The position numbers and the translations under genes are program-made. Below the pieces are notes generated by a model, which saw only the letters and a list, made by a program, of their open reading frames with translations, was not told the origin of the DNA and ran no database searches. A stretch of 32,000 nt of DNA from Candidatus Saccharimonadota bacterium (lineage in GTDB: Bacteria > Pseudomonadota > Gammaproteobacteria > Enterobacterales > Enterobacteriaceae), in the NCBI RefSeq assembly GCF_012562765.1, contig NZ_CP046226.1:120001-152000 (forward strand), read 5' to 3'. This document shows, one piece after another, positions 9,231 through 17,991 of this stretch (the first letter of the stretch is position 1; each line of letters opens with the position of its first letter).

Positions 9231-9851
9231 TTAATTATTATTTCTTTTTTGTAAATTTTCAATAATTTCACTAAAATTAATATTTTTATTTTTTAATAAA
9301 ACTAATAAATGATATATTAAATCAGATGTTTCATTAATAATTTCTTGGTAATTATTATCATTAACTGCTAATATAGTTTCTATAGCTTCTTCACCAACTT
9401 TTTGGGATATCCTTTTTGTACCACTTTTATATAAATTATAAGTGTAAGAATCATTCAAATTACTATTCTTACGTTTTTCTAATAGATTTTCTAAAAAATA
9501 TAAAAAAGTATACTTTGGTATTTTTTTATTTTTAAAACAACTATTAATATTTAAATGACAAGTTTTACCTATAGGATTTACTAAAATAAGTAAACTATCT
9601 TTATCACAATCAGTCATAATATTTTTAACATAAAGATAATTACCCGTTATTTCTCCTTTTGTCCATAAACGATTTTTTACACGAGAAAAAAAAGTAACTT
9701 TTTTAAGTTCTAATGTTTTTTTTAAAGATTCTTTATTTAAAAATCCATGCATTAATACTTGACCAGAAATTTTATGTTGAATAATAGCTGGTATTAATCC
9801 ATGTGTTTTTGTCCAATTTAATTGATTTAATGTATTTATATCAATTTTCAT
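9231..9851 (-). CDS. hisI: Bifunctional phosphoribosyl-AMP cyclohydrolase / phosphoribosyl-ATP pyrophosphatase
   Basis: It is the last gene of the his operon at 206 aa (E. coli HisIE is about 203 aa). GLIPAIIQH...WTKGE.TGN matches the cyclohydrolase half and [13 protein letters not shown] matches the pyrophosphatase half. Its ATG overlaps the hisF stop (ATGA). Confidence 0.9.
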   Translation of the reverse strand: MKIDINTLNQLNWTKTHGLIPAIIQHKISGQVLMHGFLNKESLKKTLELKKVTFFSRVKNRLWTKGEITGNYLYVKNIMTDCDKDSLLILVNPIGKTCHLNINSCFKNKKIPKYTFLYFLENLLEKRKNSNLNDSYTYNLYKSGTKRISQKVGEEAIETILAVNDNNYQEIINETSDLIYHLLVLLKNKNINFSEIIENLQKRNNN

Positions 9852-10624
9852 ATTCTAATCTCTATATTTTTTTTAAATAAAAAATTTTTTAATTTTTTAA
9901 TATTAATTATATTTTTATGAAAAACTGATGCTGCTAATGCTCCATCAACATTAATATTTTTATGAAATACTTCATAAAAATGATTTTCACATCCAGCACC
10001 TCCAGAAGCAATTAAAGGTATTTTACAAATTTTTCTCATTTTTTTTAATTGAATTAAATCATAACCATTTAGTATGCCATCTTGATTCATCATATTTAAT
10101 ACAATTTCACCTGCTCCTAATTCTTGTACTGTTTTAATCCATTCAGATGTTTCCCAATTAGTAATTTTAATGTAATTTTGATCACCTGTATATTTATAAA
10201 CATAATATTTTTTTTTATTTATATCATACCAGGAGTCAATTCCTATAACTATACACTGTTTACCAAAATGTTTAGATAATTGAGTAATTAAATTTGGATT
10301 ATCTAATGCTGGAGAATTAATAGATATTTTTTCAGCACCTAAAAATAATATTTTTGATGCATCATCTATTGATTTAATTCCTCCAGCAACACAAAAAGGT
10401 ATATTGATAATTTTTGCAATTTGTAATATCCATTTTTTATTAATCGATCTATTATGAATAGAAGCAGTAATATCATAAAATACTAATTCATCTGCACCAT
10501 CTTGTGAATATTTTTTAGCTAAAGTTAAAATATCACCAACTACTTTATGATTTTTAAATTTTACTCCTTTAACAACTTTATCATTATAAACATCTAAACA
10601 TGGAATAATTCTTTTTGCCAACAT
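9848..10624 (-). CDS. hisF: Imidazole glycerol phosphate synthase, cyclase subunit
   Basis: [76 protein letters not shown] and [10 protein letters not shown] are nearly identical to E. coli HisF. Confidence 0.96.
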   Translation of the reverse strand: MLAKRIIPCLDVYNDKVVKGVKFKNHKVVGDILTLAKKYSQDGADELVFYDITASIHNRSINKKWILQIAKIINIPFCVAGGIKSIDDASKILFLGAEKISINSPALDNPNLITQLSKHFGKQCIVIGIDSWYDINKKKYYVYKYTGDQNYIKITNWETSEWIKTVQELGAGEIVLNMMNQDGILNGYDLIQLKKMRKICKIPLIASGGAGCENHFYEVFHKNINVDGALAASVFHKNIINIKKLKNFLFKKNIEIRI

Positions 10625-11346
10625 AAATTAGCCTCTTTAAAAGTAAATTTATTTTCTAAAAATGCTTTACCTATAATAATATCTTTTACACCACTATTTT
10701 TTAAATTACTTATATCATTTAAAGAATGAATACCTCCAGATGCTTGAAAACGTATATTAGGATATTTTTTAGTAATATCACTATACAAATCTATATTAGG
10801 TCCAGATAATGTTCCATCTCTAGATATATCGGTACATAATACATTTTTTAATCCAATATTAATAAATTTTTCTATTACAAATTCAAAATTTAAATTACTA
10901 TTTTTTTGCCATCCATTAATAAATAATATTTTTTGTTTATTAATATCAATTTTTATATCTAAAGCTAAAATAATTTTATTAGGATTATATATTTTAAACC
11001 ATTTTTTTACTGTTTTAAAATTTTGAATTGCAGAAGATCCTATAACAATTTGAGATATTGGTGTTAAATTAAATATAAAATCAATATCTTCTTGATTTCT
11101 AATTCCTCCACCTATTTGTAATGGTATTTTAATATGAGATATTATAAATTTTAATAATTTAATTTGTTTTTTTTTAGGATATTTAGCTCCATCTAAATCG
11201 ACTATATGTATTTTTTTTACTCCACTATTAATATAATTTTTTATATAAAATAAAGGATTAAAAGAATATTTATATTTAGAATTAAATTTACCTTGTAATA
11301 ATCTTACAACTTTTCCTTGTATTAAATCTATTGCTGGAATTATCAT
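10594..11346 (-). CDS. hisA: ProFAR isomerase (1-(5-phosphoribosyl)-5-[(5-phosphoribosylamino)methylideneamino]imidazole-4-carboxamide isomerase)
   Basis: [54 protein letters not shown] and KEANLCWQ are collinear with E. coli HisA. The 3' end overlaps hisF by 31 nt; a hisA/hisF overlap also exists in E. coli. Confidence 0.94.
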   Translation of the reverse strand: MIIPAIDLIQGKVVRLLQGKFNSKYKYSFNPLFYIKNYINSGVKKIHIVDLDGAKYPKKKQIKLLKFIISHIKIPLQIGGGIRNQEDIDFIFNLTPISQIVIGSSAIQNFKTVKKWFKIYNPNKIILALDIKIDINKQKILFINGWQKNSNLNFEFVIEKFINIGLKNVLCTDISRDGTLSGPNIDLYSDITKKYPNIRFQASGGIHSLNDISNLKNSGVKDIIIGKAFLENKFTFKEANLCWQKELFHV

Positions 11347-11350
11347 ATAT

Positions 11351-11941
11351 TTACATTTCTAAAAAATTTTTAATTAATTGAATACCATTTATTCCAGAAC
11401 ATTCTGGATGGAATTGTACTCCAAAAAAATTATTTTTTTGGATTACAGAACTAAATAATTGAACATAATTACTATAAGCAACTGTATAATTATTAATATT
11501 CATAGCATAACTATGAGCAAAATAAAAATAAGAATTCTGTTTAATATTTTTAAAAAGTGGTTGATTATCAATATAGTTTACTGTATTCCATCCCATATGA
11601 GGTATAGGTAAACATTTATTTTGAATTAAATTTACTTTAATATCAAATACTCCTAAAGTATAAACTCCTTGATTTTCTTGACTATATTTTCCTAATAATT
11701 GCATTCCTAAACAAATACCTAATATATCTTTTTTACAACATTTAATAATATTTAATAGATTATCATGTTTTAATTTTTTCATTGCTGAATTTATTGATCC
11801 TACTCCTGGTAAAAAAATTTTATCAGCATTTAAAATTATATCTGGATTATTAGTAATTTTTGCATAAAATCCTATTTTTTTAATAGTAGATTTTAAAGAA
11901 AAAAAATTTCCAGAAAATGTATTGATAATTATAATATTCAT
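11351..11941 (-). CDS. hisH: Imidazole glycerol phosphate synthase, glutamine amidotransferase subunit
   Basis: It is 196 aa, the same length as E. coli HisH. It has LPGVGS, the catalytic Cys context GICLGMQLL, HMGWN, YFAHSY and GVQFHPE. The TAATG junction overlaps the hisB stop by 1 nt. Confidence 0.94.
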   Translation of the reverse strand: MNIIIINTFSGNFFSLKSTIKKIGFYAKITNNPDIILNADKIFLPGVGSINSAMKKLKHDNLLNIIKCCKKDILGICLGMQLLGKYSQENQGVYTLGVFDIKVNLIQNKCLPIPHMGWNTVNYIDNQPLFKNIKQNSYFYFAHSYAMNINNYTVAYSNYVQLFSSVIQKNNFFGVQFHPECSGINGIQLIKNFLEM

Positions 11942-13005
11942 TATAATATTCCTTTTGAACTAGGAATTTTATTGTTAACAATATTAATTGCTTGATTTAA
12001 TGACTTACCAAAGGCTTTAAATAAACTTTCAATTTTATGATGGTCATTATCACCTTTCACTTTTAAATATATGTTACATAACATAGAATATGATAAAGAA
12101 TAAAAAAAATGTTTAACCATTTCAGTACTAAAATCACCAATTTTTGTACTATTAAATTTTGCATTATATTGTAAGTAAGGTCTACCAGAAAGATCAATAG
12201 CACATTCAGCTAATGAATCATCCATAGGTAATAGAAATCCAAATCTATTTATTCCTTTTTTATTATTCAAAGCTTTTGATAAAGCTAATCCTAATGTTAA
12301 TGCAGTATCTTCTACAGTATGATGATCATCAATATTTAAATCTCCTTTTACATTAATATTTAAAATAAAATCTCCATGTATAGCTATTTGTTCTAACATA
12401 TGGTTAAAAAAACTAATACCAGTATTAATAAAACTTTGACCTTTTTTATCTAACCACAATTCAACTAAAACTGAAGTTTCTTTTGTATTTTTTTTTATTC
12501 TTGCATATCTATTATTTTTTGTTAATTTTAATAAAATACTTTTCCAATTACATGTTTTTTTATTATATAAAATACCTTTAATTCCTATATTTTTTGATAA
12601 CTCTATATCAGTTAAACGATCTCCTATTACGTAACTATTTTGTTTATCTAAAGTATTATTTAAATATGATTTCAACATATTTGTTTTTGGTTTTCTACAT
12701 ATACAATTATCTTGAAGATAATGTGGACATATAAAAATATCATTAAATTCTATACCTTGTGATTTAAAAATATTAACCATAAAATTATGAGGAATATCAA
12801 AATTTTTTTTAGGAAAATTTTTTGTACCCAATCCATCTTGATTAGTAATTATTACTAAAGAATAAGAAAATTTTTTTAATTTTGATAAAGTTAAAATAAC
12901 ATTTGGTTCAAATATTAATTTATTAATATTATCAATCTGATAATTATCTTTAGGTTCTGAAATTAAAGTTCCATCTCTATCAATAAAAAGTACTTTATTA
13001 AGCAT
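11941..13005 (-). CDS. hisB: Bifunctional histidinol-phosphatase / imidazoleglycerol-phosphate dehydratase
   Basis: The N-terminal HAD motif FIDRDGTLI and ITNQDG are followed by the IGPD half (HMLEQIA.HG, DDHHTVEDTALTLG, GDNDHHKIESLFKAFG). At 354 aa it compares with 355 aa in E. coli. Confidence 0.94.
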   Translation of the reverse strand: MLNKVLFIDRDGTLISEPKDNYQIDNINKLIFEPNVILTLSKLKKFSYSLVIITNQDGLGTKNFPKKNFDIPHNFMVNIFKSQGIEFNDIFICPHYLQDNCICRKPKTNMLKSYLNNTLDKQNSYVIGDRLTDIELSKNIGIKGILYNKKTCNWKSILLKLTKNNRYARIKKNTKETSVLVELWLDKKGQSFINTGISFFNHMLEQIAIHGDFILNINVKGDLNIDDHHTVEDTALTLGLALSKALNNKKGINRFGFLLPMDDSLAECAIDLSGRPYLQYNAKFNSTKIGDFSTEMVKHFFYSLSYSMLCNIYLKVKGDNDHHKIESLFKAFGKSLNQAINIVNNKIPSSKGIL

Positions 13006-13019
13006 TTTATATTTTCCTT

Positions 13020-15434
13020 TTAATAAGAAGATAATTCTTGTAAAATAGAAATTAATCTTGTTGTTTCATAATTTGTTCCTACAGAAATTCTTAAACAATT
13101 AGATAATCCTATATTATGATCTTGGTTTCTTACTATTATTCCTTTCTTTGATAATGCTTTAAATATATAATTAGAATTAAAAAATTTAGTTAAAACATAA
13201 TTAGTTCTACTAGAAAATATATTTTTTACAACATGACATTTTTTTAAATTTTCTACTAATAATTTTTTATTATTAATTAATTTATTAACATTATTATGCA
13301 TTAAAATTAAATTTTTACGATTTAACGCTTGTATTGCTATATCTGCTACAGGTTCTGGAATAGGATAAGGAGCAATAACTTTTAATAATAAATGAATAAT
13401 TTCTTCATTAGCTAAAACAAATCCACAACGTAATCCAGCTAAAGAAAATGCTTTAGATAAAGTTCTTAATATAACTAAATTAGAATATTTTTCTATTAAA
13501 TGTACTATTGTATATTTTACACAAAATTCTATATATGCTTCATCAATAACAACAATAGATTTTCCTTGTGTAATTTCTAATAATTCAATTATATCATTTT
13601 CATTAATTAAATTTCCAGTAGGATTATTAGGATTACAAATATAAATAATTTTAACATTATCTAAATTTTTTTTTATTGTATATAAATCTAATTGCCAATT
13701 TTCTAAACTTTTAATAGCATTATATTTTATACCTAAAATTTCTGCATTGATTTGATACATACCATATGTAGGAGGAAAAAATAATATTTTATCATTTTCA
13801 TAATTACAAAATGTACGAATTAATAATTCTATTCCTTCATCTGCACCACGACTTACTAATATATTAGCAACATTTACACCACAATAATTACTATAATTTT
13901 TAATTAATCTTTTTGGTTGAGGTTCTGGGTATCTATTAAATGTATTTTTAGTTAGTTTTAAAATAGGTGTAATTGGTGATTCATTAGCATTTAATAAAAT
14001 ATGATCAAACCTACTATTATCTAATAATCTTGCTGATTGATATGGTATCAAATTAATAATATTTTTTTTAGCTATCTTATTTATATTAGTTTTATATTTA
14101 TTATTATTTTTATCTAAAAAATATTTCTTTTTAATAAATTCACTTCTTAAAGTAACTGCATTTTTATGACCTATTAATTTTTCTGTTTTTGACATAATTT
14201 CAACTATATTAGATATATTTAATAATCCTTGTGGAGTTAATTCCTGAATAGTCATACGTTTTTGAAAATCAGAAACACCTAAACTAGAATAAGTTAAAGC
14301 ACATCCATATGTTGGTAATACATGATTAGTTCCTGATGCATAATCTCCAACTGATTCTGGAGCCCAATTACCTAAAAATATTGATCCAGCGTTTATAATA
14401 TTAGGTAATATTTTTTCATATTCATGACATTGAATCATTAAATGTTCAGGAGAATATTTATTAGATATTTCTACACATTGATCGATGTTTTTTGTAATTA
14501 TAATATAACTATTATTAAGAGATTGTTTTATTATTTCTTTTCTAGGTAAATTTATAATTTGACTATTAATTCCATTAATTACTTCTTTAGCTATTTTTTC
14601 TTCTGGAGTAAGTAAAATAACTTGAGAATCAACTCCATGTTCTGCTTGAGAAATTAAGTCAGCTATAATAAAATTAGTATAAGCAAATTTATCAGCAATT
14701 ATCATTAATTCTGATGGACCAGCTGGCATATCTATAGATGTATTTTCATTGTTTTCTTTTTGATTACTAATTTGTTTTTTAGCTTCAGTAACAAATGAGT
14801 TTCCGGGACCAAAAATTTTATTTACTTTAGGTATAGAATTTGTTCCAAAAGCCATAGCAGCAATAGCTTGAGCACCTCCAATTTGAAAAATTTTTTTAAT
14901 TTTACATAAATTAGCAGTATATAATATTTCATTAGATATAGGTGCAGGAGAACACATTATAATATTTTGACATAATGCTAATTGTGCTGGTATTCCTAAC
15001 ATTAATACTGTAGAAAATAAGGGCGCTGTTCCTCCTGGAATATATAATCCTATAGAATTAATAGGACGATAAATTTCTTGACAATATACTCCAGATGTAG
15101 TTTCTATTTTTTTAGTTGTTAATATTTGATATGAATGAAATTTATGTATATTATGAAAAGCATTATCGATTGCATTTTTAATATCTTTTTTTATAATAAA
15201 TTTAGCATTATTAATTTTTTCAACAGGAATTTCTAATTTATCAACTTTAATTTTGTCAAATAATAAATTATAATGTTCTAAAGCATTATCACCTTCTTGT
15301 TTTACTTTTTTTATAATATTTGCTACATCTTTTTTTATATTTTTATCTAAAAAAATTACTGGTCTAGTTAATATCCTTTTCTGTTGATTTTTATTACATA
15401 AATTCCAATAAATGATATTTTTAAAAAAATTCAT
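13020..15434 (-). CDS. hisD-hisC: Single 804-codon ORF encoding full-length histidinol dehydrogenase (aa 1 to about 437) fused in frame to full-length histidinol-phosphate aminotransferase (aa about 453 to 804)
   Basis: HisD part: YIPGGTAPLFSTVLMLGIPA, KIFGPGN.FVTEAK, IDMPAGPSE, SQAEHG.DSQVILLT, SPEHL, GDYASGTNHVLPTYG, HKNAVTLR. HisC part: NLIPYQSAR, NRYPEPQP, VSRGADEGIELLIR, PPTYGMY, NWQLDL, NPNNPTG, DEAYIEF, and the PLP-lysine motif LRTLSKAFSLAGLRCG. I re-translated the junction by hand from 14041-14160 (AVTLRSEFIKKKYFLDKNNNKYKTNINKIAKKNIINLIPY). It has no stop and no ATG. Confidence 0.85.
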   Translation of the reverse strand: MNFFKNIIYWNLCNKNQQKRILTRPVIFLDKNIKKDVANIIKKVKQEGDNALEHYNLLFDKIKVDKLEIPVEKINNAKFIIKKDIKNAIDNAFHNIHKFHSYQILTTKKIETTSGVYCQEIYRPINSIGLYIPGGTAPLFSTVLMLGIPAQLALCQNIIMCSPAPISNEILYTANLCKIKKIFQIGGAQAIAAMAFGTNSIPKVNKIFGPGNSFVTEAKKQISNQKENNENTSIDMPAGPSELMIIADKFAYTNFIIADLISQAEHGVDSQVILLTPEEKIAKEVINGINSQIINLPRKEIIKQSLNNSYIIITKNIDQCVEISNKYSPEHLMIQCHEYEKILPNIINAGSIFLGNWAPESVGDYASGTNHVLPTYGCALTYSSLGVSDFQKRMTIQELTPQGLLNISNIVEIMSKTEKLIGHKNAVTLRSEFIKKKYFLDKNNNKYKTNINKIAKKNIINLIPYQSARLLDNSRFDHILLNANESPITPILKLTKNTFNRYPEPQPKRLIKNYSNYCGVNVANILVSRGADEGIELLIRTFCNYENDKILFFPPTYGMYQINAEILGIKYNAIKSLENWQLDLYTIKKNLDNVKIIYICNPNNPTGNLINENDIIELLEITQGKSIVVIDEAYIEFCVKYTIVHLIEKYSNLVILRTLSKAFSLAGLRCGFVLANEEIIHLLLKVIAPYPIPEPVADIAIQALNRKNLILMHNNVNKLINNKKLLVENLKKCHVVKNIFSSRTNYVLTKFFNSNYIFKALSKKGIIVRNQDHNIGLSNCLRISVGTNYETTRLISILQELSSY

Positions 15435-15436
15435 TT

Positions 15437-16336
15437 TTACTCCATCATTTTTTCAATAGGTAAAACTAAAATTGAGCTAGCACCAAGTAATTTTAATTTT
15501 TCCATGGTTTCCCAAAATAATGTTTCACTACTTACCATATGCATAGCAACTTTATTATTTTCTCCAGCTAAAGGTAATATTGTTGGATGTTCTGCACCTG
15601 GTAATAAAGCAATTATTTCTTTTAATTTTTTATTGGGTGCATGTAACATAATATATTTTGATTCTCTAGCTTTAATTACTCCTTGAATACGAGTTAATAA
15701 TTTATTAATTAATTTTTGTTTAATACTTATTATTTTTCCATAACGTTGTATAAGACATGCTTTAGAAGCATATATTATTTCTACTTCTTTTACACCATTT
15801 GCTTCTAATGTAGCGCCAGTAGAAACTAAATCACATATAGCATCTGCTAAACCTACTCTAGGAGCTAATTCTACTGATCCATTTAACATACAAGATTTAA
15901 ATTGTATACCATAACTATCAAGATATCTTTTTAATAAATTTGGATATGATGTAGCAATACGTATATTTTGTAAATATTTAATACCTGTATAATTTTCATC
16001 AATAGGTATTGCAATTGATAGTCTACAAATACCAAAATCTAACCTACGTAATGTTAAGTAATTGGCATTTTCTCCTCTAGAATGACGAGTTAAAACTTCT
16101 TCTTCTAAAACATTTTCTCCTATAATGCCTAAATCTACAACTCTTTCCATTATTAATCCTGGTATATCATCATCACGTACCATTAAGATATCAATCGGCA
16201 TATTTTCTGCAAAAGCTATTAACCGTTGTTGTTGTAAATTAATTTTAATACCACATTTTTTTAATAATTCACGAGAATCATCACTTAAACGACCAGATTT
16301 TTGCATAGCTATGCGTAAACGATTGTTATCTAACAT
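15437..16336 (-). CDS. hisG: ATP phosphoribosyltransferase (long form)
   Basis: It is 299 aa, as in E. coli. [64 protein letters not shown]-like ([16 protein letters not shown]) and the C-terminal [10 protein letters not shown] all match. It is the first gene of the operon. Confidence 0.95.
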   Translation of the reverse strand: MLDNNRLRIAMQKSGRLSDDSRELLKKCGIKINLQQQRLIAFAENMPIDILMVRDDDIPGLIMERVVDLGIIGENVLEEEVLTRHSRGENANYLTLRRLDFGICRLSIAIPIDENYTGIKYLQNIRIATSYPNLLKRYLDSYGIQFKSCMLNGSVELAPRVGLADAICDLVSTGATLEANGVKEVEIIYASKACLIQRYGKIISIKQKLINKLLTRIQGVIKARESKYIMLHAPNKKLKEIIALLPGAEHPTILPLAGENNKVAMHMVSSETLFWETMEKLKLLGASSILVLPIEKMME

Positions 16337-16553
16337 GACTTATCATCCTTTTATTTTTATTTTTATTTAGAATGTTTTAAGTTCGTCTGTTTATTTTAAA
16401 TATATCAGTTTTTTATTATAAAAATAAAAAAAATTATTTAAAATATATTATGAATATATATTCTAAAATTATAAATAACAATATTTAAATATATTTAACT
16501 TAAATTAAACAAATTGTTGTAAAATAACAACTATTTTTTAAAAGAAAATTTTA

Positions 16554-17021
16554 TTATTTTTTTATTATATATCCAACATCTTGATAATTAGGATTTTTAG
16601 CAGAAAAACGAGCTAATTGATCACATTTTTCATTTTCAATATTTCCAGCATGTCCTTTAATCCAATACCAATTAACATTATGATTAATTAATGCTAAATC
16701 TAATCTTTTCCATAAATCAATATTTTTTACTGGTTTTTTATTAGAACACATCCATCCATATTTTTTCCAATTATGTATCCAAGTAGTTATACCTTTTTTT
16801 AAATATTTACTATCAGTAATAATATTTATATTAAAATGTTTTTTTAAAGATTCTAATGCTATAATAGAAGCCATTAATTCCATTCTATTATTTGTAGTAA
16901 AAAAAAAACCTTGGGTAAAAATTTTTTCATGTGAATAATATTTTATTATAGCAGCATATCCTCCTGGTCCTGGATTATAGATACAAGAACCATCAGTAAA
17001 AATTTTTATATTTTTGTACAT
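16554..17021 (-). CDS. rnhA: Ribonuclease HI
   Basis: It is 155 aa, as in E. coli. IFTDGSC..NPGPGGY, TTNNRMELMA, TDS.Y...GIT.WIHNWKK.GW, KPVKN.DLW.RLD and KGHAG..ENE.CD.LAR show that all catalytic D/E/D/H/D positions are retained. It is divergent from dnaQ, as in E. coli. Confidence 0.95.
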   Translation of the reverse strand: MYKNIKIFTDGSCIYNPGPGGYAAIIKYYSHEKIFTQGFFFTTNNRMELMASIIALESLKKHFNINIITDSKYLKKGITTWIHNWKKYGWMCSNKKPVKNIDLWKRLDLALINHNVNWYWIKGHAGNIENEKCDQLARFSAKNPNYQDVGYIIKK

Positions 17022-17070
17022 ATATTAATTCTCTATATAAAATTTATAAATATAAATTAAAAAATAAATT

Positions 17071-17793
17071 ATGAATAAATTAAATATTCGTCAAATAGTT
17101 TTAGATACAGAAACAACAGGAATAAATTCTTCTCCTCCATATTATAAAGGACACCGTATTATAGAAATAGGTGGAGTAGAAATAATAAATCGTCGTATTA
17201 CAGGAAATAATTTCCATGTATATATTAATCCTAAAAAAATAATAAGTTTAGAAGCATTAAATATTCATGGTATTACTAATAAATTTTTATATGATAAACC
17301 TACATTTAGTCAAATTATAAATGATTTTTTAGATTATATAAATCATTCTGAACTAATTATTCATAACGCTCAATTTGATATTGATTTTTTAAATTATGAA
17401 ATATCTTTATTAAAAAATAATATACCTAATATTGAAAATATTTGTTCTATAATAGATACATTAAAAATATCTCGTAAATTATTTCCAGGTAAACGTAATT
17501 CTTTAAATTCATTATGTTCACGATTTAATATTGATAAAAGTAATCGTAATATGCATGGAGCTTTATTAGATGCTAAACTTCTAGCTAATGTTTTTTTATC
17601 TATGACTAGTATTCAAAATTCTTTTATATTAGAATTTTCAAAAAATCATACTATAGATAAAAATAATAATATAAAAAAAATATTAATAAAGAAAAAATTA
17701 TTAGTATTACATCCTACTAAAGAAGAATATGAATTACACTATTTAATTTTAGATATTATTAAAAAAAAATGTGGTTTTCATTTATGGAATTAA
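17071..17793 (+). CDS. dnaQ: DNA polymerase III epsilon subunit (3'-5' proofreading exonuclease)
   Basis: RQIVLDTETTG (Exo I), IIHNAQFDIDFL (Exo II) and HGALLDAKLLANVFL (Exo III) are present. At 240 aa it compares with 243 aa in E. coli and is collinear to the C-terminus. Confidence 0.95.
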   Translation: MNKLNIRQIVLDTETTGINSSPPYYKGHRIIEIGGVEIINRRITGNNFHVYINPKKIISLEALNIHGITNKFLYDKPTFSQIINDFLDYINHSELIIHNAQFDIDFLNYEISLLKNNIPNIENICSIIDTLKISRKLFPGKRNSLNSLCSRFNIDKSNRNMHGALLDAKLLANVFLSMTSIQNSFILEFSKNHTIDKNNNIKKILIKKKLLVLHPTKEEYELHYLILDIIKKKCGFHLWN

Positions 17794-17815
17794 TTAAAAA
17801 TTTTTAATAAAAGTA

Positions 17816-17843
17816 TTGACGATATTAACATATAATTTATAAT
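17816..17843 (+). promoter_or_regulatory. Near-consensus sigma70 promoter candidate for tRNA-Asp: -35 TTGACG (17816-17821), 16-nt spacer, -10 TATAAT (17838-17843)
   Basis: I read it directly. TTGAC is rare in the G+C-poor intergenic DNA. The -10 element ends about 30 nt upstream of the mature tRNA 5' end (17874). Confidence 0.5.
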
Positions 17844-17873
17844 ATAAACTTAATAATATATAAATATATTATG

Positions 17874-17947
17874 GGTGCGATAGTTCAGTTGGTTAGAATA
17901 CCGGCCTGTCACGTCGGGGGTCACGGGTTCAAGTCCCGTTCGCACCG
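17874..17947 (+). tRNA. tRNA-Asp, anticodon GTC; 74 nt; no encoded 3' CCA
   Basis: I folded it by hand. Acceptor GGTGCGA/TCGCACC; D arm GTTC-AGTTGGTTA-GAAT; anticodon arm CCGGC-CT GTC AC-GTCGG; variable loop GGGTC; T arm ACGGG-TTCAAGT-CCCGT; discriminator G. It is very similar to E. coli tRNA-Asp and sits in the same position downstream of dnaQ (aspV). Confidence 0.95.
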
Positions 17948-17954
17948 TTATAAT

Positions 17955-17991
17955 TAATTAAAATAATATTTTTATAATATTATTTTAATTA
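17955..17991. terminator. Perfect 16-bp AT-only stem with a 5-nt loop (TTTAT) between the convergent tRNA-Asp and mscS; candidate bidirectional terminator or 3'-end processing hairpin
   Basis: All 16 pairs from 17955/17991 to 17970/17976 were checked by hand. It starts 8 nt after the tRNA 3' end. The right arm contains the mscS stop codon (17985-17987). Confidence 0.4.

Noticed and set aside
15504-15686. 60-aa ORF on the plus strand
   Set aside because: It lies entirely antisense to the well-supported hisG coding sequence. It has no homology I can recognise and no Shine-Dalgarno sequence. It is a typical shadow ORF.
16125-16370. 81-aa ORF on the plus strand
   Set aside because: It is antisense to the 5' part of hisG and runs into the hisG upstream region. 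Its composition is that of a mirrored coding frame, so it is treated as spurious.
16516-16540. GTTGT-AAAATA-ACAAC hairpin followed by TATTTTTT, near the rnhA 3' end
   Set aside because: The stem is only 5 bp. The T-run follows it on the plus strand, which is the wrong strand for terminating rnhA. It is too weak to call.
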